DNA of 64,000 bases, taken from contig CAXHJY010001499.1 in assembly GCA_964016885.1 (NCBI GenBank), positions 1 through 64,000 on the forward strand, read 5' to 3'. Shown here piece after piece: positions 55,156 to 64,000 of the stretch. This DNA is from Eledone cirrhosa (Eukaryota). Each line of letters begins with the position of its first letter. The first letter of the stretch is position 1. A program made the position numbers and the translations under genes. The notes under the pieces were generated by a model. It was not told the origin of the DNA. It did no database searches and saw nothing but the letters and a program-made list of their open reading frames with translations.

Positions 55156-57554
55156 AGGTTTTGGGATCTCTGTGTACTAATTCCTAATCGCAAGACGTTG
55201 GTCAATCCGATGCTTATTATAGATGAAACCAAAATATATTTTATTGTGAATATGCGGATAATATTTGACTTACTCAAAATGCCGCGCAGTATCACGTGGT
55301 TACGAAATAAAATCATGCACCACACAGCTATGTAAATCAATTAGATACATACAGAAACCCGCGATTAGACATTTTAGAGCCAAACCTTTTCACTCGGAAT
55401 CTTTTTTATTAACCCCCACTTTCAATCTTGAACAAAGACGTGAAAATGAAAGAAAGAGAAAGGAAACACGGTAAGGAATTTTATTAACCGTTCAACAAAT
55501 TTATTATCTCGCTTGTCATATACATAACTATACAATTATAACCTAAAATAACCTATAACAATGCATATACTATAATACTAATACAATTTATCGTGTACAA
55601 AGTACACAATAAAACAGCATAACGCCAGTCAGATATCGTACATCATAAATACACACACGAATCAGTTGTTTAAGAATACAATGACAGAATTTAAGAGAAA
55701 TCTAATGAAAACCGTCCAGGTATAGAGGTGAACGCTGAGGTCACTAACACCTTTCGTTGCTTCACGATTAAACCTGATCAAGCAGATGTTTTCTCTTCAA
55801 TCTTTCCTATTTATAAAATAACAATAGCTCTTTAATTTCAGAATGTAGCGAACTGGATTTTGCCGCTATACAATTTTCAAAATATTTCATACATACTAAA
55901 CAGGAACTAATTCTTCTTCTAACATCCATCCTTCTCCTTACATCGCTACTGCTACCATTAGTCACTGCGAACGCCACTAGATTGAGGGTTAACCTGTTAG
56001 AAATAGAAGCCATATCTCGCCACAGTCAAATTCTACATTGTTTGTAAATTGCAACACGATAAAATCCATTTCACTATACTCTGAAATTAAACAAATGTTG
56101 TTATTTTATAAACAAGAATCACAATAACAACATGAAATATTTAATTAAGCTATCGGAGGTAAAGAATTTGTAAAAACAAAAATAAAAATTACACCGTTAC
56201 TAACAAAGATAAACATGACAATCGGAAACTGAAGAATTTTGTTTTTTCTTTCCATAGCTAAAATGCAAATCCCTGAGGCTGGCGTCTGTGTAATTAGCGT
56301 TCTAGGCCAAACTTACAATGTGCACCACCTTCTCCCAGTTGTGCAACCTAATTATAATAATTTCAGCATCAAGCTGACAAATCTAGTTTTTGCCAATTCT
56401 TGCTCTAGCTACACCAGGAAAATCACTAAGCATGCATTTTCTACAACAAAACCTACTCACCCACACCAAATCATGTTATTGTTTATATCACTATACGACT
56501 CTCACCACTGCGTTGAATATTTTTACAAAGCTGCTACGTGCTAAATATATTTAGTGCTTTATATATTTTATCGCTGGAAATTGTATATATTTAAGATAAT
56601 TATACAGATTTCAAAAATGCGCTTCTATGAGGTTTGCTTCCTCGGCGGATACCTATTTGGTCATTTAGTAGTGGTGGTCCTGATTAAACCCATTTTCTGA
56701 TGGACATTTTCTGTTTTTTTATTTTTTATTTTACGCCAAGTATTCCTGAAATAACCTCGAAATCGAGATAAAGTTCAAAGTCCGTGTTAATGAACGCTTG
56801 TACTTTTTATAATGATTCTTTAATGTGGCTATTTGATTAAACTTCAATAGGAAACGTTTAATAGCCTTTTGAAAATGAAATAGAATAAAGAAAAGGCTAA
56901 CTTTCATGCTGATGCTTTTCAATGAAATGAATATTATAAATGCTTGAATCTCTTTCGAATTCATTTGAACTCTTTAAATAAAGTACTTTTATGTTATTCA
57001 TTATTTATTGTTAATAGTTAAAAACATCAAAGTCATCTGTTATTCATTTGCGATCTAATGAATTCTCTACTATATTTTATCAGTTAAAATTCTGTTAACA
57101 GTCAATAAAAACAACCTTAGAGATTGTTTTTTTCTTGGCACGAAAATATAATGAGTATTAAATAGTATTTCTGAAAGTATATTATCAATATCCCGAGTTC
57201 AAATCACGCTAAAGTCAAAATTGACTTTCGTCTGTTATGCGACAACAACAACATTGACAGGAATGCTTCAGGATTTTCAGAACACTTGCTTAAATAACAA
57301 TTCTTAAATAACAAAATTGCTAAAAGAATCTGATTGACAACAGACTATTGATATTATTGAAAGCTATTAATCTCGAGTTGTTTAAAAATTAGTTTAAATA
57401 TTAAAATAAATTTTATATTAAGCAAAATACTGTAAATAATTTCGCAACTTAACGAAGCTATTTTCCGCCCCGAAACAGCTTCGAGTGTACGCTCTAGGGT
57501 TTGCACATATACTATTTGTAGATGTATGGAATAGTTTGACGTTAAATCTAATCG

Positions 57555-59515
57555 CAATCCCAATTGACGTTGCTTTGGTGCCTTTCCAGAAATCCTGGTT
57601 ACCCAGCAAACACGAGTCAGCACGATAATACTTTCTTTATATAAGGCTTGTAACCTCTCGGCCTGAATTTCATCCTCCCCAGTGATCTTGCCACATTTAA
57701 GTTCTTTAATTGCTCTTGTCACCTTACACTCCGAGTGGTTAGTCATCACTTCCAGATGCACATCCTGTATATCAGAAGATACTGTTTTTGCCTCGTTTAA
57801 AAGATCAGCAGAGTATTTACTCCATCTCGCGAGGATGTACATATTTGAAGAGAGGAGAATCCCAGATATGCTAATATTAGCAATTATGGTGGAAGACTTC
57901 TTCTAAAGAAGTCGGCGGATGGTCTATCAGAACACATTATTTTGGTTATTTGAAGACATATTCTAGTTTAACTCCGAAGCCTTCTCACGTCTTTACTTCG
58001 AAAGCGACTTTTCGTGCATGCGTTTATGGCAAGTTCAAGAAGGACTTCTTTCCAAGCCAAGATTTGTAAGCCACCTTCTTTGCACGCATGGCATCATTGA
58101 GCTCATGATTGAAGAAAAAGGTGCTCCCATCGCTCGTTGCCACAACCAGCCGCTCTCGCCTGCAGCATTTAAGAGATGAATGAAAACAAAGTGGAACAGA
58201 TTTCTAGTTGGTGATCAGTTGACAGCACATTTCCACTCATATAACACGAGGATCTAGCACATAATCCAAGGGGTTCGAGTGGTCTCGATCTTTGGAAAAG
58301 CACCAAAGCAATGGCAATCGGGAGTGATAATACCCAAATTTCAAATGGTGAGACGATACTGCTTACTCCAATTATAAAGGGATTACATTATTGAGCCTCC
58401 ACTGTAAAGCCAATGGTAAGTGTGTGGGAAAGAGATGTAGGGATATTGTCGAGACCAAGATAACTAACCAACAGTCTGGTTTTCGCTCCGGTTGCAGCAG
58501 AGTCAAGCAAATATTCACTTTGTGGCACGTAAGTTCTACAGGTACATTGGTATCGATGGATAACTTCTTGATATGCTGATGTCTCCGTAAGAATGTTTTA
58601 GAATCTGAGTTCAGATAAATGGTGTTATTTCGAATCCATTCAAAGGAGGCGTCAGCCCCGTCAATGGTGCAGCTTGGTTGCAAGAGGTGTCGAGACTGGC
58701 AAGTGTAGGATTAATCGGCTGGAATTTGTTATTACATAACTCGTTAGAAGGTAATCTCTGAGGTGCACCTGATAGATTTGGTGCACAGTGTTGTACGTCA
58801 GAAATGAGAAACGGGGCTACAAACATTGAGGCACTCATCCTCTCAAGGAAACTTGCGTTGTGCACTCGATACATGAGTGGAATTCCACTGATACAGGTGG
58901 AGAAATTCATGTATCTCGGGGCCATATTCAGGCGTAAATAAAGTTGTCAGAGTGCTGAATTAAGTGTAACAATTGCAGGATCTGGTGCAGTAGTAAGGCA
59001 GCTTCAGATTGGGTCACCAGAAGTAGAGAGATATTCGGAAAAGTCAAATTTGCTATCTTCAATTTAGTACACGTGCAAATCCTTACGTATGGTCATGAAT
59101 CTTGGGTAATGACCTAAAGAATATGATTGCAAATACAAGTGGCCGAAATGGGGTCCCTCCAACTGTTTTTGGAGTAATGTTACTCGATAAAATGTGTAGC
59201 TAGGAGATCAGAGAGTTTCTCCAGGTAGATCTGTTACTTCATCGAATTGAGGGATCACAGCTCCGATAACACGGATATTTGGTTAGTGTGTCTCGCTGGG
59301 TGGATTTTACTAGCAAAACAAACCAGCAGGAGACTATGTGGTAAATCCAGACCAAGATGATTGGATAATATTCATGAACTCGGCTGTTCTTTCTTGGAGG
59401 TTCAGCCAGATCAATTGGAGACATTTGCCTCTGACAGGGTTCACTGGAAGGCGTTCTTGAGGACTCTGCCCCCACGAACCTCTCATGAATAAGTGATCAC
59501 CGAAGAAGAAAGAAG
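57555..59515 (+). mobile_element. Truncated RTE-clade LINE with inverted 5' segment and target-site duplication
   Basis: The minus segment encodes AIKELKCGKITGEDEI..VLTRVC..SGKAPKQ. The plus segment resumes GKAPKQWQSGVIIP..QQSGFRSG..QIFTL..QVEKFMYLG..LTYGHESWVMT and ends in a GAA-rich tail. TSD AAATCTAAT(C/T)G at 57544 and 59516. Confidence 0.88.
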
Positions 59516-62500
59516 AAATCTAATTGGTCTAATTACCATTTAGGTGTTCGTTCGCTAGATACCCTCGTTGCTTTCATCATTCCAACAAGCCAAAACCGCC
59601 ACATTGCATCCTATGTGACATATCATGTTGTCAGAGCATTTAGTCAGTTGATAGATGGTACACCTAGAACATAGTTTCTCAAAATAGTTGACTTACTAAC
59701 ACCCGTTTTAGAGAGCACATTTCCTCAGGGCATCTCATCATAGTGAAATGGATAACAAAAGTATGGATTTCAATTTTTATTTGTTTTCTTTATTTAAACA
59801 GTTATTCATTAACTAAAGGCGAGAGCTTTACGTGTAACCGATAAATTTGTATTTTTTTCCTTTCCTCTTTCCCAACCTCAGGCTTTCCAATGAACATTTT
59901 ACCAGCTCCTTTCTTTTTATACCCCCTTTTTCAAGTCTCTCAGTCTTTAGTCCTTCCAAGTGCTTTCAATCTATGAAACGCACTTAAGAATTTAACATAT
60001 TAACTGACTAAGCCAATTCAGCTATATCCACGCAGTTGACATAGCGGCAAACAATGGCAGTCAAATAATTTATAATTAAAAATATATTTTCTTGAGTAAG
60101 GAAGGACACATTACGCAATGTAGAACTTGATAAATAAAAATGCCTTCTGGTCGTGGTAGGACACACATTGATGATAAGACTGCTCGATCTGAAATAAATG
60201 TTTTCTAAACAAGAAACAAGGGAACAACTTATGTTTGTGTCATAAATTTGCTGGACTAGACGTGCGCAACCATTATACGAATACCACCACACACAGAAAT
60301 ATTTCTCTTTTTGATGATGAAAAATATGTTCGACCTCAGCAAATTTCAGGCCTTGTGCCAAACGTAGAAACAATTATTTCTTTGATTGCAGAGAATCTGC
60401 ATTAAAACTTTACCCGAAATGCATTTAATCTATAGAAGGTACAAAGAAAAAATCTGTAGGTCACATGCTGTCTACTAGTCACCTTTCAAATGAAGTAATA
60501 AATGTGATGTCAATGGTTTCCAAAAGATCTAGCCGCATAAATATAGTCATTTCAGACGGGCAATTGGAACAGCGATGCAGTGAAATGGTTTCCATCGCGG
60601 CTTGGAACTGCTATGCAGTAAACTGGCTTCCACCAAGAATTGGAAATATGTCATCTTTTAATGGTTGATGGGAGCATATCACTTACTCTGTCGTTGATCT
60701 ACTAATAATACTAATAATTATTTTTCGGACGAATTAAAGAGGCTTCTATGTAGCCATTTAGCTTGAAAAATAAAGCAGGCAATCGACCATATACTACCAT
60801 CTTAGATATGAGATATACACATTAAATAAAAGTACCAAATACCCTTACAGTGACACCCTTCTCATTAATAGAATGTATTTGATCAGACGTATGCTCACAA
60901 AGGGTAGATATGGGCTAAATGCTAACAACAGCAAAAAACTAAAAACTTCGAACTTAAGCACAATACAATCAACAATCTCTCAGTTGTGGGAAATTTATTA
61001 TATTTATTCTAATAATTTTCTCTTCCTTTTTGCTCCCCCCTTTCCACTCTCTTTGACGTATTAGCTCCCTATTTACCTGCAGATTTGCTCCTTTCTTTTC
61101 CTCCGAATCCTTTCTTTTATCATGAAGCAATAAGCTTCGAAATATAAATGACATTTATTTCATTTAAGCATTAAATTAATACTATTCATCATAAAATATT
61201 CCCTTCTATGGATTTGTTTATCTTTTATTTTTTGTTTTTATTATTTTACATTTTTTATGCATTTGGTAACAGACCAGCCACAATGACTGACACATGTATA
61301 TATATATATGACAATGAATGGAAGAAAGACGATATAATTCTGACATCTCCTTCGGGCTAAGACACATAAATGAGTTTTTGTACGTATCCAGGGTTGGTTG
61401 ATTGGGAGCTAGTATTTCGAATATTGTCGAATAGTGTGTTCTACATATACTCCAATATAAAAGAATATCCATTTCCGTAAGACTTTAAAAAAACAACAGA
61501 CTAACCGTATCACATACATGATAGGAAAAGGCGTGGACGAAGTAAAAACGAAATATTAATTAGCATTTTAAAACTCTTCATTCTAAACGTTACAATAAAC
61601 TCAAACCAGAATAAAAACAGTTCCTCGGTCAGGCATCTAAATAGAGGCAAACGTTGCATCTACCGTAAATCTAAATACATGTTTAGGAAATCCCACCACC
61701 TATCCACGATGATAAATCCCATTACATGAAATATTAGGATACTTATATTTAATTATCATCATTCATATTTAATAAAACTAACCTAAAAGCTATGAACTAG
61801 AAGCTTTTACGTTATTGGTTGCAACGGCAGACTGAATGATTTAGATATGGAAAATAAATTGTTTTAATCGACCTTATAACTTAAGCATAAATATAGAAAT
61901 AACCTTCCTAACGAATACAAGTAATCGATTTATTCTCCTCCATATAAGTTTCACAAATGTATAATAAAATAAATTACGTCTAGTTTTAGCTACATAGGCA
62001 ATACTGGACCACAGAAATATAATCATGACCTAAAGTCCATAAATACCACACAATATATCCTAAGATGATGTAATTACAGAAACATTACCAGTATCCCTTT
62101 GAAAATAAAATGCCTGTCAAAAGATCTCGTAAACAGAGAAGACGTAGGACAATTACACATGGTATGGATGACATCTGGTTAACTAAGAACACTTTTAAAA
62201 CTGGGTATATACGGCACGCCCACTAATTTATAGAACTTTCGAAATACCCTCATTTATGTGAAAGAAAAAACAATCCTATCATAGGAAATAAAATTCTTTC
62301 AGATGCAAAGACAAAACAGCTACGCAGCAGTTACTGCCATATGCTTGCAAGTTAAAAACTCAAGATCCTGGCCTTCCTCGGTGATACATTGTAGAAATTA
62401 GACATAGACGAAACTTTATATCTTGTGTTCATGAGAAAATATAAAGTTTCCTTTTTCCTGTGCCCTTGGTCTTTGATATTCTATGGTCTTGACATTCAGC

Positions 62501-62840
62501 CATTTGTAATAAAGAAAGATTAGGTCTTCTAAATGTTGTTCAACATTCTCTACCTAATATAAGTGTCTAGATGTGGATTACTTTATAAACTAAATAGTTG
62601 TTGTCTCCCGTAAAATATTTTCCCCGATTTTTCACTGCATTGAAAAACACCCTTTTCAGTAACCCACATATCTTTATTAGGCCTTTCGTAAACTGGGCTG
62701 AAAAATGGTTGCTCGAGTTATTTTTATTTTTTTTTCATATTAGGTTAATAATTTCCGTTTCGTATATCATAACTCATTTAAACCTTAAACTACATGAAGT
62801 GACACGCGGCACTGGGCAAATCTAATATATATATATATAT

Positions 62841-62938
<98 letters not shown>

Positions 62939-63247
62939 GTGTGTGTGCTTATATTTGTTTTGTGTAGTTTTCCTGCACGTACCATATTATATTACGTGAT
63001 TTGTATGTCTACAATCCAAACTATTCATTATGAAGTTATTTTTCTGGATATTGCTCTATTGACAGAATAAAAACACAGTTTGATTGTGTGGGGTTTATAT
63101 TAATATTCAAATTGCACACACACACACATACACACGTGTGCGCGCGTATATATATGTGAGCATGCATGAACATATTAATTGTTACATATGTATTTATATT
63201 GACTGTAATTTTCAGAATTCTACCATATTGTAATATGTATTATAGTT

Positions 63248-63290
63248 ATATATATATACATATATATATATATATACATATATGTATACG

Positions 63291-63343
<53 letters not shown>

Positions 63344-63443
63344 ACGTATATATATACATATATATATATATACATATATATGTATATATATACATATACA
63401 TATATATATATATACATATACATATATATATATATACATATAC

Positions 63444-63522
<79 letters not shown>

Positions 63523-63593
63523 TATATATATACATATATATATATACATATATATATATACATATATACATATATATATATACATATATATAC

Positions 63594-63624
<31 letters not shown>

Positions 63625-63681
63625 CATATATACATATATATATATACATATATATACATATATATATATACATATATATAT

Positions 63682-63734
<53 letters not shown>

Positions 63735-63765
63735 CATATATCTATATATACATATATATATATAC

Positions 63766-63797
<32 letters not shown>

Positions 63798-63804
63798 GTA
63801 TACG

Positions 63805-63862
<58 letters not shown>

Positions 63863-63881
63863 TACATATATTATATATATA

Positions 63882-63922
<41 letters not shown>
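63248..63922. repeat. Long interrupted (TA)n/(TACA) microsatellite
   Basis: Directly visible. Confidence 0.97.
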
Positions 63923-64000
63923 TCATATGTTTTCGTCTTCCCTTTGTCTCCTCCTATCACTTCTTTCCATCACCGAACTTCTTCCTCGTTCGTTCCTTTG

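Noticed and set aside
55807-56013. 68-aa minus ORF MASISNRLTLNL... as a possible host exon
   Set aside because: No recognisable domain or supported splice context; may be a decayed retroelement piece.
61700-62560. Possible very old non-LTR RT remnants (also 21290-21990, 22330-23150, 32300-32850, 51420-51720)
   Set aside because: Only vague motif echoes with no continuous frame; needs a translated HMM search to call.

Overview
AT-rich, microsatellite-saturated animal non-coding DNA. The tRNA-derived SINEs resemble octopus SINEs, so an octopod cephalopod is likely (inference). No host protein-coding exon could be supported, and nearly all listed ORFs are microsatellite translations. The window holds a decayed Helitron RepHel gene (1.2-5.7 kb), a non-autonomous Helitron, mariner and hAT-like fossils, RTE LINEs (one with a twin-priming inversion and TSD) and many SINEs. 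The main signal is a dense set of Penelope-like retroelements (PLEs) and tiny non-coding PLE-derived fold-back insertions in (TA)n tracts. Together they carry about 20 minimal type-I hammerhead ribozyme motifs: 5 with canonical cores, 2 with a compensatory U3:A8 core, and the rest degenerate. Several fold-backs turn at ribozyme helix II, and unrelated families share a GAGTGCTC motif mostly 35-60 nt from their 3' ends. All coordinates were read by eye and may be off by a few bases.
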